DNA from: a virus
Taxonomy: Duplodnaviria > Caudoviricetes
Strand: one strand, 5' to 3'
IMG/VR virus record: IMGVR_UViG_3300030097_000139
Location: 1 to 42,245 of that record
DNA: 42,245 nucleotides
Numbering within the stretch: the first letter of the stretch is position 1; every line of letters starts with the position of its first letter. Position numbers and translations under genes: made by a program. Shown one piece after another: positions 18,200-26,844 of this stretch. The notes beneath the pieces were generated by a model. It worked only from the letters and a program-made list of their open reading frames with translations, did no database searches and was not told the DNA's origin.

Positions 18200-19386
18200 T
18201 GGCAACACAAACACCAACCACGCAAGAGCTAAGCGCTAGTATTGTCGGCGCTATCGAAGCTCAGATCGGGCAAAGCGTGCCGCTGCTGCCTAAAGCGTTT
18301 ATTCGCGTGCTTGCTAAAGTGTTGGCGGCGACCTTCATAACGCTTTACAAGTATATAGGCTTTATCGGCCTGCAGCTATTCGTTCGCACGGCCAGCGGTT
18401 CGCCGACCGTTATTAACGGCAAGACTATCACCCCCTTAATCGAATGGGGCCGATTGATCGGGATTGGCGACCCACTCAAGGCGACCGCCGCAGAATTAAC
18501 CATTGACGTGACCGTTGAGAACCAAACCGGAACGCTACCGAGCGGATCGCAACTACTGGGCGAAGCTAACGGCGTCACCTACTTGACGATCGGCGCGGTG
18601 CTCCTAAATGCCCCGGTCGTTTCCGTGGCGGTCCGCGCTTCGGCAGATCCTAACGGCTCCGGCGGCGTAGGGGAGATCGGCAACTTGGACCCGGGCGACG
18701 TTCTGAACTTCGCAAACCCACTGCCAAACGTACAGCGCGCCACCGTTGTGACGGCGCAGACTGTTACCGGCGCAGACGCCGAGTCAATCGACAGCTACCG
18801 CCAGCGCGTGATCGATCGCTTCCAGCGTAGGCCGCAGGGCGGCGCTTACGCCGACTATGCTATCTGGGGCGAAGAGGTCGCAGGGATCGCCAACGTCTAC
18901 CCATACACCGGCGACCCGGGCGAGGTCAATGTTTACGTCGAGAGTGCCACCGAAACGGACGGCATACCAACCCAAGCGCAGCTCGACGCCGTGTTCGACT
19001 CCATAGAGTTAGACCAAAGCGGGCTGGCCAGCCGTCGCCCCGCTAATGCGTTCGTTAATGTGCTGTCCATTAGCCGCACCAGTTTTGACGTGGAGGTTAC
19101 AGGGCTGACGGGCAACGACTTAGCCACTTTGCAGGCGGATATTACCGCCGCCGTTGAGGGTTATTTCTTGCAAGCGGAACCGTTCATCGTTGGGCTGAAC
19201 GTGCCGCCAAGGCGCGACCGGATCTCGGGTATTGAACTACTCGGGGTGGTTAACGACATTGTAAGAGCCGCGGGCGGTACTTTCCTTTCCGCCACCTTTA
19301 CGCTAACCGGCCAAGCCAGCAACCTAACGTCGTACACGCTGGGGGAGGGTGAGAAAGCGAAGGCGGCCAGCGTGGTATTTAACTAA
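18199..19386 (+). CDS. Baseplate J-like protein (Mu gp47)
   Basis: G..GN, GADAES...YRQR, PQGGAYADY..W motifs; start ATG 18199 by TAATG coupling. Confidence 0.92.
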   Translation: MATQTPTTQELSASIVGAIEAQIGQSVPLLPKAFIRVLAKVLAATFITLYKYIGFIGLQLFVRTASGSPTVINGKTITPLIEWGRLIGIGDPLKATAAELTIDVTVENQTGTLPSGSQLLGEANGVTYLTIGAVLLNAPVVSVAVRASADPNGSGGVGEIGNLDPGDVLNFANPLPNVQRATVVTAQTVTGADAESIDSYRQRVIDRFQRRPQGGAYADYAIWGEEVAGIANVYPYTGDPGEVNVYVESATETDGIPTQAQLDAVFDSIELDQSGLASRRPANAFVNVLSISRTSFDVEVTGLTGNDLATLQADITAAVEGYFLQAEPFIVGLNVPPRRDRISGIELLGVVNDIVRAAGGTFLSATFTLTGQASNLTSYTLGEGEKAKAASVVFN

Positions 19387-20204
19387 TGGACTTTTTGAAG
19401 CTCTACCAGCACCTTCTGCCAGACGGCCGCGCGTGGCGTCTGACGATAGATAAGAAGCTGCGCCAGTTCTTCGCGGGGCTTGCCGACGCGCCTAGCGACA
19501 TTAAGGACAGCGCGGACAGCGTGTGGCTTGATTTATTGCCGCAATCTACTGACAAGCTAGACGACTGGGAGCGCCAGTTCGGCCTTTCGGGCAACGTCGT
19601 AAATGAGCAGGACCGCAGAGATCGCCTAGCGGCCACTTGGCTTTCGTTAGTTGGCGGCCAGTCGCCGCGGTATATCCAAGACACGCTCAGGGCCTCGGGC
19701 TTCGACGTTTATGTTCACGAATGGTGGGGGCCTAGCACGCCGCCAACGCCCGGCACCCCCGGCAACCCAACACCGCGCAACCCGATCCAATGGCTGCGCC
19801 GGGAGTTCACGAAGGTGGACCTGCTGGTGGAGTGCGGAGAGGCCGCGGCGCAATGTGGTGAGGCGTTCGCCGAAGCCGGTAACAGCTTACAGCCGCGGGG
19901 CTACCCGCTGGTAAATAAGATATTCGAGAGCGTGCCGGACGAGGTGACGCTTTGCGGAGAGGCGATAGCCGAAGCGGGAGAGCAGGACGCCGCTTGCGGT
20001 AACTACTTCGAGCTTAAAGAAGTGCCGCGCGAGTATATCGTACCGAACGACCCTGAAAAGTGGCCGTTTTTCCTGTATATTGGGGGGGAGACTTTCGGCA
20101 CGATAGCTCAGGTTGACCCGAAGCGCCGCGACGAGTTTGAGGCGTTATGTTTAAAAATTTGCCCGACCCAGCAATGGTTGGGGATCCTAGTTGAATACGT
20201 TTAA
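19386..20204 (+). CDS. Baseplate wedge protein, Mu gp48 / DUF2313-like
   Basis: LLP.GRAW, L..WE...GL, GGQS..Y motifs. Confidence 0.85.
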   Translation: MDFLKLYQHLLPDGRAWRLTIDKKLRQFFAGLADAPSDIKDSADSVWLDLLPQSTDKLDDWERQFGLSGNVVNEQDRRDRLAATWLSLVGGQSPRYIQDTLRASGFDVYVHEWWGPSTPPTPGTPGNPTPRNPIQWLRREFTKVDLLVECGEAAAQCGEAFAEAGNSLQPRGYPLVNKIFESVPDEVTLCGEAIAEAGEQDAACGNYFELKEVPREYIVPNDPEKWPFFLYIGGETFGTIAQVDPKRRDEFEALCLKICPTQQWLGILVEYV

Positions 20205-20216
20205 GAGGGCTTAGCA

Positions 20217-22157
20217 ATGGCAATTAACCCAGAATCACAGTACCCCGGCAAGATCGCACCGTCGACGCCGGGATACCCATACGGCGCGGCGCGCAACATC
20301 ACAGTACCGGGCGACGGAACCGGCACGCCTTGGGAGGCGGCGCTAGTTAACGACTTGTTCGGCTTCCAGCAGGCGCTACTGACTGAGGGGGCGGTAGTTC
20401 CTAGCGGCTCGCCCGATAAGGTCGGCGCGTCGCAGTACCTAAGCGCACTACTCGGGCTCTTTTTACGCAAGTATGATTCCCTATCGGCTTTAGTGACCGC
20501 AGTTCAGGCGGGAAAAATCCCCGTCGGCGCGACTGTCAAAACGCTGGGATACCACGGCGGGTGGGCAGCTACGGCCACAGGTACACCGCTTGGCGGCAAT
20601 ATTTACGAGTTGGTGGACGCTGGCGCGCCCGGTAGCCGTCCGGCGGAAGACGGCGGTAGCGTCGTACATTGTACCGGCGGTAGCGGCGGCCTATATCTTA
20701 AAGGGCTGTTTATTGACGACGAGGTCCACGCCTCGCAATTCGGCCTGACCGTGACCGGCCTAACAGACAGCTCGCCCGCGCTCCAAGCGGCGGTTAATTT
20801 TGCCAAAGGTAAAGATGTAGCACTACCACGCGGCACGATCCTACTAAATAGCACTATTTCAATAGACACGACCGGGCTGGGCGACACTAACGTGCCGCGT
20901 ATCGCCGGGGCGGGAATGTACGACACCGTTATCGACAACCAGACGGGCGCGGAGGCGTTCTTCATAGAAAGTGGCACGGCTTCTGAATTTGCCTACGGCT
21001 TTACCCTCGAACGGTTGCGCATTACTTGTAATACGGTATCGGCCGGAACTATCGGCGTGCGTGTGGACGGGTGCCGCTTTGTTACTTTGGATAACGTGTT
21101 TATTGACCGCCAAAACTTGCACGGTCTTTATGGCCTTTCGTCGTTGGGCGACTTCACCGACACGTCCTCAATGCAGCTTAAACACGTTCAGATCGAAAGC
21201 TGCGGCGGCTACGGCATTTACGCGAAATGCACGGGCGGCGCTATCCAGTACAGCTGGAACCTTGACCAGTGCCGTATTGGCTCTAACACATTAGGAGGTG
21301 CGTTACTCGAAAGCCCTACTAATCTGGAGTTTACAAACTGCGGGATCTACTATAACAGCGGTTTTGGTGTCCGGGTAATTACGCCAGTAGGTGGCGTAGC
21401 GCCGAAGTTAGTAGACTTCTACAAATGTGAGTTTGACACTAACGACGGCCTACAAGCGGACATTCAGGACGGCAACACGGTCAACTTCTACGAGCCGTAC
21501 TTGATCGCCAACTCCGGGCTGCCTACGGTCTTCGCCAAAGGGATCGTCGTTGGTTCTAACGTGAATGACTGCACGATCACCAGCTCTTACCCTCGCTTTA
21601 ACCCCGCGTTGGTTGGCTTGGTTGCACACGAGTTCGAGGCCGGTTGTTCTGGCGTTGTGGTGCGGGATACGAGCTACCAAGGTTACAGTATTTCAAACGG
21701 CGATATGTATGTCATAAACGAGCCGTCTGTTGTAATCGACGACACTAGCAACCGGGACCGCTTCGAGACCGGGACCTACACCGTAGAGGTTAAAAACTCA
21801 TCGGGCACGGTGACTTCGCCGACCACTGTTGAAGGGCACTACACGGTGAACGGTAACGAAGTGACGGTGGGCTTCCGTAACTTGAACGATATAGACCTGA
21901 CGGGCTTTGCCGGTGGCGACATTATTGTGGTTACACTGCCAAAAACTTGTAAAAGCGGCGCAACGGCTGGCTTCGTCGGTAACTGCGTGATAACAAGCGA
22001 CGCTGGTTCTGGCGCTCCTATGCCGTCAGTCGCTAATTTGAGCGCTCAGGCGGGATTCCAGCGGGCCGGTTCTAACGCGTTTGTTACTGCCTCGAATTTA
22101 ACCGGCGGGGTGTCTGATATTGCGCAGTTTACGCTGTCCTACATAGCGGAGGGATAA
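20217..22157 (+). CDS. Tail fibre/tailspike with pectate-lyase-like beta-helix (putative depolymerase)
   Basis: N-terminal baseplate-attachment segment; SQFGLTVTGLTDSSPALQAA motif followed by repetitive beta-helix-like strands. Confidence 0.75.
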   Translation: MAINPESQYPGKIAPSTPGYPYGAARNITVPGDGTGTPWEAALVNDLFGFQQALLTEGAVVPSGSPDKVGASQYLSALLGLFLRKYDSLSALVTAVQAGKIPVGATVKTLGYHGGWAATATGTPLGGNIYELVDAGAPGSRPAEDGGSVVHCTGGSGGLYLKGLFIDDEVHASQFGLTVTGLTDSSPALQAAVNFAKGKDVALPRGTILLNSTISIDTTGLGDTNVPRIAGAGMYDTVIDNQTGAEAFFIESGTASEFAYGFTLERLRITCNTVSAGTIGVRVDGCRFVTLDNVFIDRQNLHGLYGLSSLGDFTDTSSMQLKHVQIESCGGYGIYAKCTGGAIQYSWNLDQCRIGSNTLGGALLESPTNLEFTNCGIYYNSGFGVRVITPVGGVAPKLVDFYKCEFDTNDGLQADIQDGNTVNFYEPYLIANSGLPTVFAKGIVVGSNVNDCTITSSYPRFNPALVGLVAHEFEAGCSGVVVRDTSYQGYSISNGDMYVINEPSVVIDDTSNRDRFETGTYTVEVKNSSGTVTSPTTVEGHYTVNGNEVTVGFRNLNDIDLTGFAGGDIIVVTLPKTCKSGATAGFVGNCVITSDAGSGAPMPSVANLSAQAGFQRAGSNAFVTASNLTGGVSDIAQFTLSYIAEG

Positions 22158-22161
22158 GGCC

Positions 22162-22545
22162 GTGACCATTAGCACAAAGAACTTTCACCCGGACACGGAC
22201 CCCAAGTTGCTATGCACTTGCGGCCACCCGGAGTGCGACCGCCGGAGCGTCAACCAAGAGACGCTCGACAAAGCACAAACGGGCCGCGAGATACTGGGCC
22301 ACGGGTTGGCCGTCCGAAGTGGCGGCCGGTGCCCCCTCCACCCTGACGAAGTGCACCGCACGACGCCAGCGGACCACCAGAAGCAACAAGGCATCGACGT
22401 AGCTGTGAACGGGGCAACCCGGGGCAACGTCGTAGCAGCAGGACTGGCGGCAGGGTTTAACGCAATCGGAGTGGCTAAAACTTTCGTACATTGGGGCCAC
22501 CGCCCTGAATTGCCGGAAGGCCACGTGACTATGTGGGTTTACTAA
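22162..22545 (+). CDS. Endolysin, peptidase M15A-like
   Basis: C.CG, SGGRC..H, H-x6-D (HQKQQGID), FVH zinc ligands. Confidence 0.85.
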   Translation: MTISTKNFHPDTDPKLLCTCGHPECDRRSVNQETLDKAQTGREILGHGLAVRSGGRCPLHPDEVHRTTPADHQKQQGIDVAVNGATRGNVVAAGLAAGFNAIGVAKTFVHWGHRPELPEGHVTMWVY

Positions 22546-22546
22546 T

Positions 22547-23101
22547 ATGAAGTTACTAGACATTCTCGGCAAGGTTGGCGGCGCTGTCGTCAAGACTATG
22601 GTGCCCGGCGGCGGCTTGATCGTCGATGTGGTTAACGAGTTTTTACCGGACGACAAGAAGCTAGCCGCCGACGCTACCGGCTCGGACATGCAAGCCGCGG
22701 TCGACAGCCTACCGCCAGACCAGCGCGCCCAGCTATTGGGCCGCGAATTTGACGTGCAGATTGAGCAGCACCACAGCTTGCAAGCCATGCTGCAGGCCGA
22801 ACAGTCCAGCACGCACACCACCCGACCGCGGATCGCCCTTGGGGCGTTCCACTTGGTCGCGTTCGTGTCTATCGTGGCGATCTCGCTTTGGGCCTACGCT
22901 ATATCCGCGGGCGACTCAGCCATGGTCGAAAAAGTAACAGACGGCTGGCCGTTTGTTGCTGCTGTGGTCGGCCCCTTCGTGACGCTGCTTTGGGCGTATT
23001 TCGGAGTGCTGAAACAAGAGCAACGCAACCGACTAAACGCCGCAAACGGATCGACAAGCGGCGTAATGTCAAGTATCATTTCTCAAATTATCAAGAGGTA
23101 G
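22547..23101 (+). CDS. Holin-like membrane protein (GTA 3TM-holin-like)
   Basis: RP followed by TM helices and WAYFG motif; adjacent to endolysin. Confidence 0.65.
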   Translation: MKLLDILGKVGGAVVKTMVPGGGLIVDVVNEFLPDDKKLAADATGSDMQAAVDSLPPDQRAQLLGREFDVQIEQHHSLQAMLQAEQSSTHTTRPRIALGAFHLVAFVSIVAISLWAYAISAGDSAMVEKVTDGWPFVAAVVGPFVTLLWAYFGVLKQEQRNRLNAANGSTSGVMSSIISQIIKR

Positions 23102-23105
23102 GGTA

Positions 23106-23489
23106 GTGGGCGAAATGGCTAGGCGGTTTAGTGATCAAGAGTTAACAGACATGCACGACGAGTTGACGAGCCTGTCGCAGCGGTTTGAAGACCACAAAGA
23201 GGAGGTACACAACGACCTCGGCGAGCTGTCCGGCCGTTTTGACAGGCACGAGACCGAAGAGGCTAAGAAGTTCGACGCCATGATCAACGCCGTAAACCAG
23301 AACACCACATCCATAGATAAACTGACGGACGAGACCCGGTCAATTGTCGAATTGCACCGGGACCTCCAAGGCACAGCGCGGGTCGGAAAGTCCGTCCAGA
23401 ACGCGCTGCTTTGGTTGGTTAAGTGGGGCGCGGTAGGCACAGCGCTAGCCGCTTTTATTAAGTGGGGCCTCGAGTTCTTGCAGCCCTAA
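23106..23489 (+). CDS. Coiled-coil protein with C-terminal TM helix (lysis-associated)
   Basis: Coiled coil then WLVKWGAVGTALAAFIKW; last gene of late operon. Confidence 0.55.
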   Translation: MGEMARRFSDQELTDMHDELTSLSQRFEDHKEEVHNDLGELSGRFDRHETEEAKKFDAMINAVNQNTTSIDKLTDETRSIVELHRDLQGTARVGKSVQNALLWLVKWGAVGTALAAFIKWGLEFLQP

Positions 23490-23648
23490 CACGTCCGCCA
23501 CCTCTTTGACATTCTCGCGCAATTCGCGCAGCTCCTTTAATGCTTCCAACGTATCGCCGGGCAAGTCTTCCGGCCGGTGCCACCTGTTCGGGTTGCGCTC
23601 TTCGTAAGCCGCGATCATGCGGTTTAAGTCTTGGTCTGTCATGCTCAT
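23445..23648 (-). CDS. Hypothetical protein
   Basis: 67 aa, packed after upstream minus-strand gene. Confidence 0.55.
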   Translation of the reverse strand: MSMTDQDLNRMIAAYEERNPNRWHRPEDLPGDTLEALKELRELRENVKEVADVLGLQELEAPLNKSG

Positions 23649-23651
23649 AAG

Positions 23652-23882
23652 TCACCCCACCGCATAACCATAGCGGACGGCGCAGTACACCACCCACAAA
23701 CAGAAACCAACGAACAAGGCAAGGCCAAGCCCGCTGAATGAATGGAACGGCACAACGCGCCACCAGTACACGACGCCCGCGAACTGGCAAAGCGCGAGGC
23801 TCGGCCAGTACGCGTAGAAGTTCCAGTCGAGCCAGACGACGATCCACGGCAAGCGGTCCGCCGGTATGTAATCAACCAGCAT
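23652..23882 (-). CDS. Small hydrophobic membrane protein
   Basis: Starts right after upstream TAA, GGGGAGGG RBS, Trp-rich with 2 predicted TM segments. Confidence 0.6.
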   Translation of the reverse strand: MLVDYIPADRLPWIVVWLDWNFYAYWPSLALCQFAGVVYWWRVVPFHSFSGLGLALFVGFCLWVVYCAVRYGYAVG

Positions 23883-24230
23883 TTAAGAACCCTCCCCGAC
23901 CCGTGGTTTGCCTGTCGGCCCTTCGTCGGGTCGAATCTGGGCCATTACCGCGAAGGACTGGCGCTGTAGTGCCTCAATCTGAAACAGTAGGCCGATAATC
24001 TGGGCGTTATTGTTGACCACCGTCTGAGCCTCAATACGCGGGTCGCCTGCTATGTTTAGCGTTTTGGCTTGGACCTCGTGGCGTAACTTCTCCGCCAGCT
24101 CTTCGAGTTTGAAGCCCTCCGGGTTCTCCCGGCTCATTAGTATGGTGCCGCTCATTTGTTGATCTCCCGCGTCCGGCGCTGCATTACAGTAGCAGGGGCC
24201 GCCGCCTGTTGTGTGTTTCGGGCATTTCAT
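23883..24230 (-). CDS. Hypothetical protein (N-terminal Cys/His cluster)
   Basis: Follows pol stop; MKCPKHTTGGGPCYC N-terminus. Confidence 0.6.
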   Translation of the reverse strand: MKCPKHTTGGGPCYCNAAPDAGDQQMSGTILMSRENPEGFKLEELAEKLRHEVQAKTLNIAGDPRIEAQTVVNNNAQIIGLLFQIEALQRQSFAVMAQIRPDEGPTGKPRVGEGS

Positions 24231-24234
24231 AGTG

Positions 24235-26844
24235 TTAGTCCTTCTGGTAGCGTTTGTGTGTCCAGCCAGCGCCGCGAATCGGCCACCAGCTCGCCCATGT
24301 GGGCCTTTGCGTCATAACCTCGACCATGCCTTCCAGCGTTTTGTCGCTGTTGAGCAGGACCTCGGCCGTTAACTCGTCGTGTGTGTGCATTACAACCGGA
24401 TAGCCCGCACCCTCGGCACGCTTCAAGGCTTCGCCCTGAATGTCTGCGCTAACGGCTTGGGTCACGTTCTCCGCTAAGCGGCCGCCGTAGGTCTCCATTC
24501 GGTGCCAGCCGACCGGCCCTTTCTGGCTGTTGCTGTTGTAGCCTTCAAACGTGATTTTATACGCCGGGCGGCGGAAGTGGTCCTCGCAGTGGTCCAAGCG
24601 CGGGCGGTGATAGTGTAGGAAGCGACCCGACGGTAGGCGGCAATACAGCACGTCATTAGCCACCCCGTAAGATATGTCGCCGACCTCAAAGCAATGGCCC
24701 GGGTTGAGTATCGCGGCAACCGCTGCCCCCTCAAGGCCGAACAACTCCGGCACGCTGTCCCACGGTTTGGCCCCGACCTGTCGGTGCTGGCCGCCCCAAA
24801 ACTCGACAATCTCCGGGCTCGCTTCACGCCAGCCGATAATCGCGTCCTTAATTTCTTGGTCGCTGTTGAAATGCTCCTCGGCACCGAACGCAGCCCACGC
24901 ACCCAACCAGCCGCCGTAGCCTGACGCCAACTCGGCGACCTTGCCCAATGACTTGCGGAGCGGGTGGTGCATTCCGTTGGCTTTTTTGTACGCGGCGAAC
25001 TCTTCAAACGGCACCCCGGATATTTTCGAGGCGCTCATTTCGTAAATCTTGCCGTGCGTGTTGAATACGTCGATCCGCCATTGGCAGCGGCTCAAGCAGG
25101 CGAGCACAACGGCTTCAATTGCCGAGAAGTCGCAACAGATTAAGGTCGACCCCTCTTTAGCGATAAACAGCCCACGCAGGCAGCCAGCAAGCAGCGCGCA
25201 CGGGTCTCCCCAAGCGTCCAGCACATAGTTAAGGTCGCGCGTCTTGATAGCCTTCAGCGCGTATTCTACGGCCTCGACGGTCCACTCCGGGTTCTCCTTC
25301 CAGTCGTTAGCCCCACACTCCGGGCAATCGCCACGAGCGCCGAGTACTTCGACCTTGCAGTCAATGCCCGCTATATGGCCGCACAAGCCGCACGTCTTCG
25401 ACTTAGGGCCTTTGGCCGTTATGTTCTGCAACTGGACGCCACCGGCTGACCAGCGGCCCGTGCGGTCGGCTCCGCAATAGCTGTACTGGTCCCGCAACCG
25501 CCCGTCACTATTGATCTGCCGTTTCAGCTTTGGCAGTTTCTTAATGTTCGCACCGCCGAGGGACTGGCGTATCTCAAGAGCACGCCGGGCAACGGGCGGC
25601 AAATCGTCCCGCGCCACCAACTCCTTAACGTGGTCGGCGTCAATGCTGGTGGTGTGTACGCCTTGAGAGGCCAGCCACTTAATAAACTGCGCACCGGCGT
25701 TCACGGTGTTGACTTCGCCGCCCGTTATCTGGCGCAGCTCGTCGGTAAAGCGGCGCTCGGTCTGGGCCATAATGTCAAGGCAGGCGTCGAGGGCTTCGAC
25801 GTCCACTTGGACCCCACGGGCGTTAACATGCTGGTCGGCTAGCCATGTTGTGCGCTCGTAGTCGGTAAGGTCGGGAATGCTGGCGGCCGTTGTCATTTCG
25901 GCCACAACGTCCTGATCGCAATAGGCGTCGAAAGCGGCGAAGTCCTCCGGGGCGGTTTGCCTCGTCCAGCGGTACTCCGGGCGCTTCTTCGTGGGGGTGT
26001 GTGGTCTGGTCAACTTGCGGATCAAGTCCTTGCCGGTTTTGTCTTTAGGCGAACCGCCGAGGAACTTAGCGGCCAAGTCGAGCGAACCGGGCGTAGAGTA
26101 CCGGCGGCTTTTTGCCATGTCGCAGTGGCATTGCTCGAAGTTGAGCGGCGGCCAGCCGTACTTGCGCACGCACACGAAGTTCCAAAAGTACCACTCGAAC
26201 GTCACGTTCCAAGCGGCGATCGGCCGACCGGCTGCGACGTGCTCGAGCAGGGCTTGCGGGTTCGGCTCGCCGGGCTTCCAGCGGCGCACCCCCAGACCGT
26301 CCAGCAAGTCATAGGACAGCGTCAACACTTCGGCGCTATGGTGTTCGGCATAGGCAGGCGTGCCGACTTCTGGCAGGCCGCCTTTGCCTTGCGACCCGAC
26401 GCCCTTAACCTTGCCGGTGAACGGGTCCACATAGTAGCCCGCCTCGCTGTAGGTCTCGAAGTCAATAGTCGGGTGGGTCACGGCTTTGCCGCCGCTGGCC
26501 GCGGGTTTAATCTCGTGAACGTGTACCGGTTTGCCTATCGACCGCATATAGTCGATCACGTGGCGGGTGCCGTTGCTTTGGCCGTCCCAGACAGCCAACA
26601 GCGCCTCGGCTTCGTGGGCCATGTCCTCGTTGCGCGCAAAGCCCGCAGATTTTCCGAGGTTGTCCCAGTCTGCCGGGTGGCTGCTAACAGGCAGGCCGAC
26701 TTGGGCGGCCCACTGTTTGCCGTGCGAGTCTGGCCCGCGCGCTTCACCACTAACAACGGCCGTGATCTGCCAAGGGCAAGACATGATCGCGGCTTGCGTG
26801 TCTTGCTGCGAGAGGTCCCGCGATCCGGCTATTATCGTGCGCAT
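24235..26844 (-). CDS. polA: Family A DNA polymerase with N-terminal YspA-like SLOG domain
   Basis: ExoI IDFETYS, TGRWS..GVQLQN, motif A CDFSAIEA, motif B KVAELASGYG, motif C HTHDE; residues ~1-110 IIAGSR...VSGEARGPD...AGFARN...WDGQSNGT. Confidence 0.93.
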   Translation of the reverse strand: MRTIIAGSRDLSQQDTQAAIMSCPWQITAVVSGEARGPDSHGKQWAAQVGLPVSSHPADWDNLGKSAGFARNEDMAHEAEALLAVWDGQSNGTRHVIDYMRSIGKPVHVHEIKPAASGGKAVTHPTIDFETYSEAGYYVDPFTGKVKGVGSQGKGGLPEVGTPAYAEHHSAEVLTLSYDLLDGLGVRRWKPGEPNPQALLEHVAAGRPIAAWNVTFEWYFWNFVCVRKYGWPPLNFEQCHCDMAKSRRYSTPGSLDLAAKFLGGSPKDKTGKDLIRKLTRPHTPTKKRPEYRWTRQTAPEDFAAFDAYCDQDVVAEMTTAASIPDLTDYERTTWLADQHVNARGVQVDVEALDACLDIMAQTERRFTDELRQITGGEVNTVNAGAQFIKWLASQGVHTTSIDADHVKELVARDDLPPVARRALEIRQSLGGANIKKLPKLKRQINSDGRLRDQYSYCGADRTGRWSAGGVQLQNITAKGPKSKTCGLCGHIAGIDCKVEVLGARGDCPECGANDWKENPEWTVEAVEYALKAIKTRDLNYVLDAWGDPCALLAGCLRGLFIAKEGSTLICCDFSAIEAVVLACLSRCQWRIDVFNTHGKIYEMSASKISGVPFEEFAAYKKANGMHHPLRKSLGKVAELASGYGGWLGAWAAFGAEEHFNSDQEIKDAIIGWREASPEIVEFWGGQHRQVGAKPWDSVPELFGLEGAAVAAILNPGHCFEVGDISYGVANDVLYCRLPSGRFLHYHRPRLDHCEDHFRRPAYKITFEGYNSNSQKGPVGWHRMETYGGRLAENVTQAVSADIQGEALKRAEGAGYPVVMHTHDELTAEVLLNSDKTLEGMVEVMTQRPTWASWWPIRGAGWTHKRYQKD

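Noticed and set aside
23645-23875. Alternative-frame ORF overlapping the membrane protein gene
   Set aside because: 23652..23882 has the RBS, abuts the upstream stop and gives a coherent TM protein
25305-25400. Intein in the polymerase
   Set aside because: Too short, with no C-terminal HN motif or homing endonuclease motifs
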